A DNA stretch of 63,550 nt, counting the filler, from Choristocarpus tenellus KU-1152 (taxonomy: Eukaryota; Protista; Phaeophyceae), in assembly GCA_964200185.2 (NCBI GenBank). It is 11 parts of 11 records of this genome, joined end to end, with 100 filler letters (N's around TTAATTAATTAA, not from the genome) between each part and the next. Parts side by side here need not be neighbours in the genome. Positions count along the whole stretch, not along the records: positions 1 to 6,928 come from CAXNAD020007038.1; positions 7,029 to 12,330 come from CAXNAD020011224.1; positions 12,431 to 17,221 come from CAXNAD020013046.1; 8 more parts are not named here. One strand, given 5' to 3'. The translations under genes were made by a program, and so were the position numbers. The notes beneath the pieces are model-generated. The model searched no databases. It was given only the letters and a program-made list of their open reading frames with translations, and was not told the DNA's origin. Below, piece after piece: positions 1-12,763 of the stretch (its first letter is position 1; each line of letters opens with the position of its first letter).

Positions 1-223
1 GAGTATGTGGTAGGGGAAAGGGGGGGGGGGGGGGGGGGGGGCAAGACCAAGACTATACAACAACATAATATATATACTCCATTATTATATAAGTATTTTT
101 CCGTCGATTGTTCGAAATATAAATTTAATACTATGCAGCACATCCAAACAAAAAACTGTAAGAAAATATTATGTACTATTTATATTAAAAGGTTTTGTAA
201 GTGTATACTAGATTTCGGTGTTT

Positions 224-575
224 TCCCTCCCCTCACAATCTGCAAATGTTCCTTTATGCATGTACCTCTTCGGGATGACCTCCAATTTCAAAAACGGATT
301 TTTGCGTTGGATTCCTTGGAAAAATGTACGTAAGATGAGTTACTTTTGAAAAAATATATCCCGAAATTGTTCTGAAAATATGGAACAGAGGATAGGCGGG
401 CATACGACCAAAAGAGGGCACTGAATTGGTGGATTGACGGCGTTGAATGAAAGCAAGGAAAGGTACTCTAATGCAAAAAATGTCAAGGAATCCAATGCAA
501 AAATCCGTTTTTGAAATCGGAGGTCATCCCAAGGAGTTACATGCATATAGGTACAGACTTATGGGACAGAGGGAG
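224..575. mobile_element. Stowaway-like (Tc1/mariner-derived) MITE / foldback element
   Basis: The right end reads CTCCCTCTGTCCCATAA on the minus strand and is followed by TA (576-577), close to the Stowaway TIR CTCCCTCCGT. The left end is degenerate. Long inverted arms ~255-320 and ~484-548; a further inverted partial copy at ~628-697. Confidence 0.6.
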
Positions 576-2742
576 TATAATATCAATAACACAAAAGAAA
601 AGTAGCCTATGTTTCAACACGGTCCAGATCTTCCTATACTCTTCAAATATAACTCATCTTACGTAAACTTTCCCGAGGAATCCAACGCAAAAATCCCTCC
701 TCGCCTTGTGTTGTAGAGCTAAGCTAGGTTGGTGGCATAGCAGCGAAGTGGTGTAGTTTAGCTGATTTTGCAGGGCTTCTTATAACTCTGAACTGGCTTT
801 TCCCCTGAAACATCTCCAAAATCTCTGAGGGCATAATAATATATATATATATATTATATATACCATAGGATAGTCATAAACTATTCATAGATGTCCTTAA
901 TACTTGTAGCTTTTCATTCGAATAATCAAAATAATATTTTACTTCGAACCATGAATTATCTACTTTCTAACAACTTCCGAAGTGTGTTTTGCACTTTTCA
1001 CATTATAATACCCTTCCAATTTCGTTGCAACGTGAAAAGTAGTAGTAGTAAAGGTGAAAATAATGTGGGAAGAAGGGTAAAGATAAGACCGAATTACAGT
1101 AAAGTGGCAAATGAAATTATATACTTGTTACGTATATACTATTACATAAGCAGGGTCAATGCTTGCCAACCCTAACTCTAAGGGTTTTCGTTTAGAAACA
1201 CATACGTAATATTAAAGATGTGGAAGTGAACCTGTCCCTGACAAAGATAATAATCTGGACATTCTAAGTCGATGGAACGGCTACAAAATGACAAGTAAGA
1301 TGTATATTAACAACAGGAGAAATCAGAGGTTCCCTATTTCTTTCAAACTAAATTATTTCACAGTGAATCCTGATTACTGATTGATTGGTGACTGATCGTT
1401 GTACATCATTAGTTTCTTCAATTCACCACACCCAATTATTATTAGACATTTGGGAGGTGTGGTGACTAATATAGAGTATGAGTAAGAAGGAATAAACGGT
1501 AGACAGTCTCTTTTTCTTCGTAGAGATTGGGAAATATTATTGGGAAGCATCCAGAATGGTGCTTTTCTAGTTACATTTTAAAATATATAGTTTCCTTTAT
1601 AATCAATGACTGAACATGTTCATCATGTTGATTTTTGGTAGGGGAATACCATAAACCATGGATTTTTTCGTTGAGGTACCTCTATTTGTATATAGTATAT
1701 GTCATCATTCAAGAAACTTGGAAGATGTAGTACACAGAAAACATGCGAATATAACATGGAAAACAGACAACATGCATATATATGTATACTTATTATTATT
1801 CTTTAGTTGCGTTTCGGGCAAAACATCATCTACTTGAAGCCACAAGTAAGAGCTTTTTCACAGCACATAGCTACACTTCGTGTTGTTTGGAGTCGGGAGT
1901 CTGGATGACAAAGGCAGCTGCTTCAACTCAGCCATCTCTTTCTTCCAATCGACAATCCCTAAGTGTAGGCGTTCACAACCTTGCCGCGACTCAGACGGCT
2001 GCTCCTTGGAGTCTGGCTTACTCCACGCGTAACAACGCCAGGTTGGAGTGTGGCCTCTGGAATTGAGTGCCACAACTTCGTTCTTCAAGCAGACCTACTC
2101 ATTTTTACCCTCCGTAGGTGGGTAAAGCGTAATAGCATTATAGAGATAGCGTTGAATAAGCATGCGGTAAAATGGCGCTATTCTCGTTGTTCGATTTTTT
2201 TCAGCATATTGTGTATTTTTGCCGACAGAGCCCGTCACGGCCAGGGCGTAATCGGATGGTGGCCTTCTATGCGAAGCGGTCTAGATGGGAAGATAGAAAG
2301 AGAGGTGGGGGAGTCACCTAAGACATTCTATATTACGTTCCGCAGATAGAGGCACCTGCTCTAGTAGGCTTTGCGTATAGCTCTTGACTTGGTCGAGAGG
2401 AGTCTAGGCATCCATCGAAACACGGGCAGTCTGCCATGTTCTCTGGATGCAGGAACCGGCCACCAAGAATGGACGCCTTCATTGTACCCTTATGGGGATC
2501 TCGTCATCAGTCTCCGAACTCATTCTTGTCAGAGATGCTTTTTGTTTGAGGAAAGGTATTCGGTATTCGTAACTTGTTTCCATGCGTCTACAGTGAAATG
2601 TTCGCTATTTCCACTACCTCTCCTTACCACTGTGTACTGATGCAGAGCGAATATGTGTTTAGTGATCTCAGTGCTGACCCTTGTCACAACCATTCCCATT
2701 CAATTTCTTAGGGAGGGAATCCCTAGAGTAAGAACGACTCTT

Positions 2743-4174
2743 ATGGGGAACAGTATGGGAAATAGGTGCTCCTCAATGACCTGCACAGAGTGTGCGGGCA
2801 ACCATAAGCGATGTAAGGCAAAGAAGATGGGACGATGGTCGCGACTACAGACAAGTGGGCGATCACCGTCCCCCCGATCAGGTCACGACGTTGCAGTCAT
2901 AGGGAATAAGGTAAGGCCTGTAGCCCACCCTTTTTTGGGTGATTTGGCCTCATATACAGTCTCTTCCCTGCCGTTGTGTAAGCACGACACTTCTGTTCTG
3001 GTAGAATCAGGAGAAGTATAATGAGGAGATAACGGCCTCACACGACCCCACCTTGATCTCCCTAACCAACTGCACCCCCTATCTTTACTTTTCCTTTGAT
3101 GGTGCTATATCAATCGCTCACTAACGCTATACGCGATAATAAAAATATGTGACTCACTAGGCGTACCTCTTTGGAGGGTGTGGGGGCGACGAGGATCAGA
3201 TAACCTGCCTCAATGATATGTATGTTTTTGACCTGGAGCTGCACCGGTGGGAGCGGATCACATGTAAAGGAGACCCCATCCATGCAAGGGCATCATTTGG
3301 CATGTGCCAGGGTCCAACACCAGGAACCATTATTGTTGCTGGAGGAACAGGGGTGGAGATGGATAGTCTTCGGGCTGATGTAGTGGAGTACAACACACGA
3401 ACTCGAACCTGGATGAGTATCTTGACGGACTCTGAGGAGACGCCATGCAAATTTTATGGACAAAGTGTCTGTTCTTACGGAGACAACCTGCTCCTGTTTG
3501 GTGGATCTACTGGCTTACATTATTCGAATGACCTGTTTGAGTACAATGTGTGTAGCAACCGGTGGAAGAAACTCACCACTACAGGGAAAAAACCCTCACC
3601 ACGTTATAAGCACCAGGCTGTCGCAGTGGGCCATAAAATGTATGTAATTGGCGGTGGATGTTTCAAGCCGGAGCAGAGCAGTATTGATCTATATTGCCTC
3701 GATCTGAAGACTCTAGTGTGGGAGGAGAAGGAGATGAAAGGGGAGATGCCTAAGGCACGAGTCGCTCACAGCTGCAGCTTTGACCCTGTGGGAGGGGACA
3801 TATACCTCTGGGGAGGATTCACTGGCGAGCTCAGTCGATTAGCCGATTTCTATGCTTTCAATTGTGAAACCAGTGCTTGGAAGCGCCTGAATTCAGTTGG
3901 AGGCGAGTCCAGCCCCCCAGCTCGAGCCTTCCACTCTGCAGTCTTCCACAATGGATCACTCTACCTGTTCAGTGGGGCCAATGGTGATATCCGCTACAAT
4001 GATGTGTGGCGCTATCAGGTGCGGGGATCCCCTCCAAGTCTAGCTGTCCTTGCTGCACGTGTACTTCGAGAAGAAACAGCAAGGTCAATGAGGGACCTCG
4101 ATCTCGAATTCAGAGTCCCAGATGAGGTTCTACAGGGTGTGCTCCATATGAATGAATATGCAGAGCGCTTATAG
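2743..4174 (+). CDS. Kelch-repeat beta-propeller protein, KLHDC10-like; 2 exons (2743-2910, 3161-4174)
   Basis: GT-AG intron 2911-3160 joins PSPRSGHDVAVIGNK to AYLFGGCGG in frame. Repeated GG-containing Kelch blades (FYGQS..LLFGGSTG..YSNDL, PRYKHQ..YVIGGG, ARVAHSC, RAFHSAV). C-terminal PPSLAVLAARVL resembles a BC-box. Start ATG could be 2743, 2755 or a later in-frame Met. Confidence 0.88.
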
Positions 4175-4685
4175 GCAGGACAGATATGGAGAATGACAGG
4201 AGGGAAAGAGTGGAGGTGGAGGGTGCAGGAGACTGAGGTGTGCAACCAGGCGGCAGCTGTCGGCAACAGGTCTGTCTGTGGAGAAAGAGGGGGAAGCAGG
4301 TGCTACGATAGGTCATTGGTGGCTAGTAGAGAGCTGGGTTTGACTCTTCTTGCACTATTGTTGATGATCTATGTTGATACCTTTCAATAGTTGTTCACGT
4401 AATATTGCTGTGCCTGGTTGAGGTGTGTGACCCTGTCACTCATCAATATATATATATATGCGTATGATAATCCTTGTGTAGACTCCTGCTGGGGATAAGA
4501 GGATAGGTGTAAAACAACTTCCTGTGTTTGGATATTTTCTGTGTGAAGTTCCTCCTCTGTGCAGCTCCTCCTTCGATATGACTGTTGGGGAAACAAAGGA
4601 CCTTTTTATTTCTCACGGTTTTTTCCGCTCGTGAAAAATATTGGCATGAGGCTTGAGTGCAGCGGTTCATAGTTGTCTTCCCCTA

Positions 4686-4725
4686 TGTGTGTGTGTGTGT
4701 GCGTGTGTATGTATGTGTGTGTGTG
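4686..4725. repeat. (TG)n microsatellite
   Basis: Interrupted TG dinucleotide run. Confidence 0.85.
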
Positions 4726-5211
4726 CTGTTTGTGTGGCATATCCTTGTTCGTGCTGTTTATATGCCTTGTACTTGCTCTTGTGTGTCTGTCACTAACTGT
4801 TAGCCCTGTGTTGTGATAGGATAGCAGGCTTTTATAGCATCTGTATGTAGGTGTGTTGTCCCCTTGTCTTGTTAAGAATAGATACTGTAACTGTCCATCT
4901 CCTTGGCGTGGCAGGTTGCTTGATCGTGGTGATATCTTGTGTAGCATACTTGGGGTTTTCCCACTCGCACGGGAAAAGCACCCCCAATATCAGTTTGGTG
5001 TTTCCTAAGGTCTCATGACCATGCTATGGAGTATTAATATCCCAATGATAGCAGCTGCATAGTATGCACCCCAATTCAATAGAACACTGGTAATGTGTAT
5101 CTCTCTTCTTTTGAGTATATCCTCAACTCTGGGGAAGCTGAGAGCACAACCAAAAGCCTCCGATGCTTGCAAAAAGAAGCTATAGTATCTCAAATGTCAC
5201 ATTGATGAATT

Positions 5212-5462
5212 GAGCCAAAGTAAGCGAGAGGTACCCAGGTTTTTGGCCGATTTGCATTGTAAGTCTGCTTTCGATCTATTGCACTTCACCTATATTCTGT
5301 GGATGAAGTTCTAACTTTGAATTGAGAGCGTTTATTTCTCTCTTGTTTGATATTTTTGTGACAAATTCTGAATGCCCTGTAACCAGTTACGAAAAAGGCG
5401 AATTTTGCGTATACTTGCCAAGATCCTTAATATGCAACAGTACCTCTCGCTTACTTTCACTC
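5212..5462. mobile_element. MITE family C, 251 bp
   Basis: Ends GAGCCAAAGTAAGCGAGAGGTAC ... GTACCTCTCGCTTACTTTCACTC, flanked by ATT on both sides (3-bp TSD). Confidence 0.8.
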
Positions 5463-5822
5463 ATTGTCTCATGTCAATGAAGTATTTCTGAATATGGATT
5501 GGTTGATGAAAACAATTATTTGTTGCGATGTCGAACACAACCCATTAAGAGATAATACCTAAGTATACATGTAGCAATATACATACATATAATATGGATG
5601 TAAATTGGCCTCTGGCTCTATGTAAGTGTGAGGAAAGAAATGAGAAGGGAGAAAGGGGGGAAAGACGGAAAGAGAACTTGGGGGGTAGAATAACTTCAAG
5701 GTCAAAGGTTTATTACACTTCCATGCCAGAGGAGAAGTACTGCCCTGCCTTGTGAAGCAGCTTTCCACTGTTGTGGGCTGGACCTTACTGGGGAAACAAA
5801 ACAACACAGGTTTAAGAATTCT

Positions 5823-6651
5823 TCATACCCAAGGGGAGCTCTCCTCTAGGATTTGGACACTTCGCTTCCCGCCTGCAATCCCAAAGGAACCAATCTCTGA
5901 TGCCTTTGCAAGCAGCAGGTCCCCGGTCCGGACACTAAAGCCAAAACACCTGTTGGTACCTACATGGAGGAGGGGCTTCTGCAAATTGTGTGAAAGCTTC
6001 GCTATTGCACTCTCCCTTCCCACTTCCTTTTCCTCGTACCCACAACTCATCCTCTCCCCTCCTACCCCTGGGCCTGCCCCCGCCTTTAACTTGAAGTACC
6101 CCCTTGCCCTTTGGGCGTTTTGTGCTTTTCCTCTGTGCTCTCTTCTGGTCTCACCAGGGACTGTGATACCCCAGGCTTCTGCAACAGTCATAGGTTGTCT
6201 ATCAGCCCTCACCTCAGTCCCTGTTTCTGTTGCCATTGGAACTACTGGATTTGTCGCTCTTCGATCCCTACTCAGATTTGTCGCTTTCACTTTTTTGTTT
6301 TTCGTAGAACTGCGTGTCTTCCATGGTTTTGCATACACTCCATTTGATCTGGGTGGACGCCTCAGCACAGGTAGACCGCTCCCTTCTCCATGGTGCTCTA
6401 GACAACATTGACGAAGAAGCAACCGGTCCCCCATTGTCTTCTCGAGGCCCAACTCCAACATCCGCCTCTCCTCCTGGTTCTCTTTGGCTTGGAGCTCTTT
6501 CGCTTCATTCCCTCCGTCGCATTCACTCTTAACCTTGTCCTGAAAGGAGATGAACATTCTTGTTGAGTGGGTAGGGTCGTAAGGCCCTTTATGACGAAGG
6601 CTTTGCCAGGCGCTCAAGTGATGATCACCCTCGTCACAGTCTCTCCACACC
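5823..6651 (-). CDS. Probable terminal exon of an unknown protein (upstream exons not in this contig)
   Basis: 279-codon open frame with a plausible acceptor (ctactcag|GGTG) just upstream of 6651; charged, low-complexity protein; no recognisable domain. Confidence 0.45.
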
Positions 6652-6860
6652 CTGAGTAGCATTAAAAATGTGTTTATTAATTATTATTAAGCACAAAAAG
6701 GCGAGAGGAAGAAAAAGCTTTGTTATGTAAATAATGTAAATGCAGTAGTGTCAATGGAGGGTGTGTTGTGGGGTAGTGCACCTTTCTGAGAGACGAAATA
6801 GTTGACCAGTGTGATCTTTGTTGAAGACACTGTGTTGCAGGGGAGGGTACAGACAGTTTA

Positions 6861-6928
6861 GAGCCAAAATATCTTAGAGGGTAGGGCCGCGTCCATTTGG
6901 GGGATCAAAACACAATGTTGTGATTTTG
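6861..6928. mobile_element. MITE family A terminus, truncated by contig end
   Basis: GAGCCAAAATATCTTAGAGGGTAGGGCCGCGTCCATTTGG matches the family A end. Confidence 0.8.
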
Positions 6929-7028
6929 NNNNNNNNNNNNNNNNNNNNNNNNNNNNNNNNNNNNNNNNNNNNTTAATTAATTAANNNNNNNNNNNNNNNN
7001 NNNNNNNNNNNNNNNNNNNNNNNNNNNN
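6929..7028. other. Artificial contig spacer; identical spacers at 12331-12430, 17222-17321, 20685-20784, 23948-24047, 28574-28673, 40233-40332, 48187-48286, 56745-56844, 60024-60123
   Basis: N44-TTAATTAATTAA-N44, exactly 100 bp each; the linker has stops in all six frames. Confidence 0.98.
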
Positions 7029-7266
7029 GTACGAGTTTTGCCCTGTTTGTCCATTTGAGGCTTGGCTTCCCATGGGTTTTTAAATGACATTTTCCTACTC
7101 CAAAATGTTTAGGAGTAGGGAAAATGTATACGTCAAAAAAAGGTGTGCCGGAACATGAATATTGACACTTCCTAACAAACACGATAGCCAAAATTATATC
7201 AAAATCACAACGTTGGATTTTGGCCCCAAAATGGACGAGGCTCTACCCTCTAAGATACTTTGGCTC
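7029..7266. mobile_element. MITE family A, nearly complete
   Basis: Same body as 10308-10567, including the internal hairpin ACATTTTCCTACTCC...GGAGTAGGGAAAATGT; ends ACCCTCTAAGATACTTTGGCTC. Confidence 0.85.
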
Positions 7267-10200
7267 AGAACAGAGAGTAAAATGGCCTCTCCAGACTCCT
7301 GCGTTTAATGTGTTTCCTTGTTTAAGGCCTCTCACATGCTGCCTCAATGTGTGCACCCAGGAAACGTGAGGTGGCAGGGACTACGAGGATCACGAAGATC
7401 ATGTCAGAAAGTGCCCTTACTACATATGATGCCAAATCTTCATTAAATGGGCACCACCATGACAGGAGAAAGGCCGGAGGTCAACTCAGCGTTGAGCGGG
7501 TTCATGCAATCATTGCAAAGGTTGGCGGCTCTCCCTTAACTCTCTGTGCTCTTGTTCCCTCTCTGCCCGTAACCTGCAAGTCTTATCCACTGAGAGTTCA
7601 GAGCCCCCATTTACCTGTCGGCTCGCAGAACCCCAAACTCTACCCTAAATCTAACCAGGCTCCCTGCCGGCACATCTGAATCAGGTGTACATGAGCAAGA
7701 GCCAGGTAGACAAGAAGTTGCTAAAAATTGAAAAGGGCTCCTCTCGATCAATTGTGACACGACGAAAACGACATCAGGTGAGGAGAGAGGGCAACAGGAG
7801 GTACACTTAGAGTGGGGGGACGATGGGATTGAGTCTCCCTCTTTTGGCACAAGGTGTAAGAACAGCAAATAACTATTGATTAGCACCTTTGCCGCCCTGT
7901 GAGATGAGGTTGTGCAATGTTGCAAATTTATCTTGTTGACAGAAGGAATGGCAAGTACATGGCAGTTACACGACAGTTATGCGACTTTCAAGAGTAAGCG
8001 GGAGATAACTGAACAAAAGTGGTTGCAACCCCAAGGCATTTAAGGTTATTCCTCTGTGTACTCATCAGGGTGATACTTTTTTATTTCAACACTATATTCA
8101 TGCCACATGCAACAAGCTCTTTCAGCTGAGAAGGAACATTCACTACGGCAAAATGCTCATTCCCATCAATTTTTCTCAATTTTTAAAGTTGAAGAGTCAA
8201 TTTTGATGTTTGGTTCGTCCTAATACAGAAAATTATTGTTTTTTGCAAAACATGAGGATTGATAATAATAAAAAAAACCTCTGTAGTTAACACGTTTGAC
8301 AATATTTTCGGTACTGCTACAAATTGGAACAGCATTATCCTTTTTACTGCTCCCAAATTTTATAATTTTTTTTGCAAAATCAAGATGAACGGATAAGCCA
8401 ACACTCGAAATTCGATCCTTCAACTTGAGAAATTGCAGAGGAAAACTAAATGATTGTTGTGGGGCAATGTACAATACCCTAATCACGGAAGAAATGCATT
8501 GAGCACCATCAGAGCTGCAACTCAAGGTACAAATCATCACTTGGGCTGTGGGCTTCATCCCTGTGACAGGGGTGTCTAACTCCACTCACAGTCAAGTCGC
8601 ATGAATTTCTAATGTCAAGTCAAAATTTAAACTTAAAAGAACAGTTTGTCTCTATATCCCCTTTCAGCCCTTCAAGCTCTCTACCACTAACAGCTTGCCA
8701 ACCAAATATCTGATTGCATCGTTCTTAGACTGAAAAACCCCTCTGTGTCAGAGGAACACTTCATATACCTTTGGAGGGCTCCCCACTTCATATCACTTGT
8801 AGAGATAATTGGGTTTAAGGGATTTTTTTTTCCCAATCAACCTGTAACATTCAGACGAAGAGCAATACATTAAGAGTATATATGGGTTACAGGTTTGTAA
8901 GACCTTTACTCGATTGAGATAGAGATGCTGATATCCATTGCTGGGGGAACAGACGCTCATGCTCACCAGTCAATGAGAGTGCTGGGTTTTCTCAATCACC
9001 ACTTAAGCAAGCAATGTAAAAAACAGCCTGCTGTTTGTCAACATGGTGCAAAACCATGCATAGCAACAGAAGAAGTCAGATCACGGAGAGTTGAAGAGGG
9101 ATGTACTTCAGGAATGAGTGGCAAACATTGAGATACAACATTTCCATTAGGGCAGAGAGCCTAGAGATACCCCTGTGCCACCCTGGGAAGATTTTCCACT
9201 GGGACAGCCCTGGCACGGAACAGTGTTATCTCGATGTCTGAGAAAATCAAAGGCCATGGAAGTACTCAACATAGTCTGTGGACCACCACCCCACTAGTCG
9301 CCTTCTCTCCCCAGGGGGTCAATATCAATCTTCGCATTTCCCATTGAGCCTGTAGTATACTCCAGACTTCGCCACACAATTTCTTTTTATCCTCCATTCC
9401 CAATATGTAAGGAAAAGGGTCTTGTCGAGATTTGATCCCCCGATCCGTGATTTCGTCGATCATTGAGATACCCTGTTCTACTGGTGTAAAATGCCACAAA
9501 AAAATATAGAGGCTGTGGGATCGAATCTTGCTTGTACCGCTTTCCTTAACCCCTGTATGACAGGAGAGTGAAAAGAGGTAGTCAAGGGGGGGTCTGAGGT
9601 ACAAACTCAACGAGAAACGCGAAGACTGGGATTGCCCTCTCGGGGAGAGCCCGTGAGTAGTGGGGTGATGGCCTACGGATTATGTCAGGCAGCCTCTGGT
9701 ATTGGCAACCGTTGAGATACCATGTCCTTCCATTTGGGTAGACAGTTTCAACAAAATCAGAGGTTATGGGATTGAATCTCGACTGGATCACCTTCCCAAC
9801 TCTCCACAGAGGGAGGATAAAAATATATTGTGAGGGGGGAGGTTTCGGGGTATATACTCAATGGGAAACATGATTATTGAGATGGAAGCCTTGGGGAGAG
9901 CACACAAGTGGTGGGGTGATAATCCACAGATTATGCCGAGAAGTTCCCCTGCCTCTGATTTTTTTCAGTCACTGAGATACTACTGTTTTACTAGGCCAGA
10001 CAATGGACGGCGTGCGTAGGTGCAACAATAATTTGTCAAAGTTAGACAGTATGGAGAGCAGAGAAAGGAAAAAAAAGACTATGCGAATTAAATGGTTTGA
10101 ACCTACGACCCCTGATATCTGTGGAAATATTAAAGTACCACTGTACCACAGAGCCGGTATATTTTCACAATTTAATGGTGGTATGGCCATTATTAACTTG

Positions 10201-10307
10201 GTATCTTGACGACGGCCACAAAGGATATCTTCAGTAGGAATCTACAATGAATGGCCTGTCGACTACCACTAAGGCCAATCGATCCCCAAGAGGGAGGAGA
10301 TACGTTT

Positions 10308-10567
10308 GAATGAAAGTATCTTAGAGGGTACGAGTTTTGCCCAGTTTGTTCATTTGGGGCTTGGGTTTCCGTCGGGGTTTTTTATGACATTTTCCTACTC
10401 CAAAATGCATAGGAGCAGGTGAAATATATACTTTTTGAAAAGGTGTGTCCGAAACGTAGATATTGACACTTCCTAACAAACACAATGACCAAAATTACAT
10501 CAAAATCGTTACATTAGATTTTGACGCCCAAATGGACACGGTGCTACCCTCTAAGATACTCTGGCTC
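10308..10567. mobile_element. MITE family A, full length (~260 bp)
   Basis: GAATGAAAGTATCTTAGAGGGTA ... TACCCTCTAAGATACTCTGGCTC; flanks TTT/TAT. Confidence 0.85.
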
Positions 10568-12189
10568 TATATCATTTATTTGTTCCCAACGTTGGGACAA
10601 CCGTGGACTAGAGATCAAATATTTTCATAACTGTGACTGCGGGGGGATCAGCACTCAAAGAGTGAGTAGTCCTACCTAAATGACTTGGACATGTCTTGTG
10701 CTGCAGTCTACTTCAATCAATAACCTCTCTGGATCTCATTTGAGGGTAGAGTTTCAACACCTCATTCTTGCAAAATTTCGGTCGATATGCAAGAGGAGAG
10801 TAGTTTTACAGTTGCTCTAGAAGAGATCTCCTGATCAAAACTCGATATCTTTGTCCAATTCCTTTACATCATGAGAACCTCTCACAGGACCAAACAAATA
10901 TTTATTATAATGAAATTCAGGCTTGTTTTCATGTTAACCAGTCCCTTCTTGAACTTCACTTCATCAATAAATAAAAAAATCTGGTATATCCTTGCTCTCA
11001 TTCATTTTCACTCCCGTGGACATGATGGACACCCAATATTGTTCCCCTGGCCAACTGAATTCCTTCCACACCAGGATATTTGTTGATTTGTCCCTTCGAA
11101 ACTGCATTTCTTTACCTCTATTGCCCTCCACATCGGACAGCAAACCCCTTGAAAATAAGTGTATTTTTTCTTAATCCCTCCCTTACTCCATCCCTTCTCT
11201 GCCCTCTTGTCTTCATCGGCCTGTTTATTCTTCTCCTCATGATATCCCCATGGCCTCAGCGCATGGATCGCTTTGTTCTTCAATATCACATATGCCAGTT
11301 TGGGACTCGCAAGCTTGCAAGACGAAACTTGCACCAACTGTGCTCCAGCGTCACACGCCTGGCTGAAGGATACCCTCGAATAAAGGTGTCCTTACTCATG
11401 TCTATTCTGCTTCCCATCACAAGTGATATTGGCCCGTCGACTAGGAAGGGAGTACGAGCCTGGGTAGAGCTCTAGTGAGTGCATAAGTGTGTGGGGTATT
11501 TGGGATGGGTGATTGGAGAATGTTGGTAGGGGGCAGGGCCCAAGGGTAAAGACTAGAGTGCATTCTGTGGATATATTGGTCAAGGACAGAGTACCAAAGT
11601 TATCACTGAACGTCAGGCATGCAACATTCCCCAAGTCACCGAAACTCTACTGGTAATGCCTTCCTTGATTTAGGTCAACTCTTGCCAATCCCCCCACATT
11701 TCATGCCAGTTATTTGCGTTGTTGGTGGGGGTACCTGTGATGGTCAAGTCAAAGCCCTACAAAGAAACCCTGCAGGAGTTCAAGCCATTTGTCTGCTCGG
11801 ATTTTGTGGTCCCCATGCTTGTCCGCCTCTGTCCTCCAGGGGAGAAGCTTGACCAGTGAGTACGACTGTTGATGTGCTTTGCATATCTACCTGCTATCTA
11901 GGCTAGCCTGGCACTTGACATAGTTGGGTAGTCATTGTTCATTTTGGTACTGCATGAGTCTACCCTTCTACCCTGGACTTTGTTTCTCGTGGAATATTCT
12001 TGGTAGAGATCTAGAGCTTGAAGGATGACAAATACTGTGCTGGTATTCATGATTACTAAGTGCTCTAGGCCAGATTGGTTCAGAATGAACAAGGGTCAGG
12101 TCTGCCCAGAATAGTTTAATGTGTTGTGGAGTGTGTATCTGTGGACAAGTGGACAAATATTGATTGGAATGGTTTTGTGTTGTTGGGCA

Positions 12190-12330
12190 GGGTCAAAGTA
12201 TCTGGGGGGGGGGATGTCGGCGTTCGTTTTTCATTCTTTTTTCGATTTTCTCTTTTTTGGTGTGATTTGATCGCACGTGTCGGATTTGAAATGTCAGCAA
12301 AAAAAAGAGTTGTTTGACCGAAACGGACAC
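12190..12330. mobile_element. Related element terminus (family D), truncated by contig end
   Basis: GGGTCAAAGTATCTGGGGGGGGG matches the family B terminus, but the internal sequence differs. Confidence 0.6.
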
Positions 12331-12763
12331 NNNNNNNNNNNNNNNNNNNNNNNNNNNNNNNNNNNNNNNNNNNNTTAATTAATTAANNNNNNNNNNNNNN
12401 NNNNNNNNNNNNNNNNNNNNNNNNNNNNNNTCGTTTTCTGCTGTGGTTCGTGGGGGTGTGTTGTGTGGGGGGTGCGGGGCTGGGGGGGGGGGGGGGTGGG
12501 GGGGGGATTGGTGGCTGTCCGTTCTGCTCATGATGCCCAGAAGAGACACCGAATACCTTCCTTGTTGATGTGAGGGGGAGGGCATCAAAGAGCATATGCT
12601 CTGTATGCCCGTCAAGTTCACAGGCGCTGTTCTCTGTTGACCTGTTACGATGTTGACGAAATGACATGGCAGGTCACGGTATCTTTTTTTCTATTTTTAT
12701 GTATGTTCTGTATCAGTTATATGTCTCCCTCACACAAGCGGTTCATTTCTTTCACGCTGGCAG

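Noticed and set aside
1782-2349. Overlapping short ORFs upstream of the Kelch gene, including a minus frame with an in-frame TGA
   Set aside because: No recognisable domain or selenoprotein motif, and no consistent splice model.
4947-4990. Small hairpin as a Helitron 3' end
   Set aside because: No CTRR terminus at the expected distance and no other Helitron evidence.
5752-6411. 219-aa plus-strand ORF
   Set aside because: Antisense shadow of the minus-strand frame.
6973-6984. Recurrent TTAATTAATTAA between N runs, and ORFs ending in X..LIN
   Set aside because: Artificial six-frame-stop linker, not a biological repeat or CRISPR.
11690-11750. ITGTPTNN resembling SNF2 helicase motif III (minus strand)
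   Set aside because: Single short motif; no other helicase motifs in frame.
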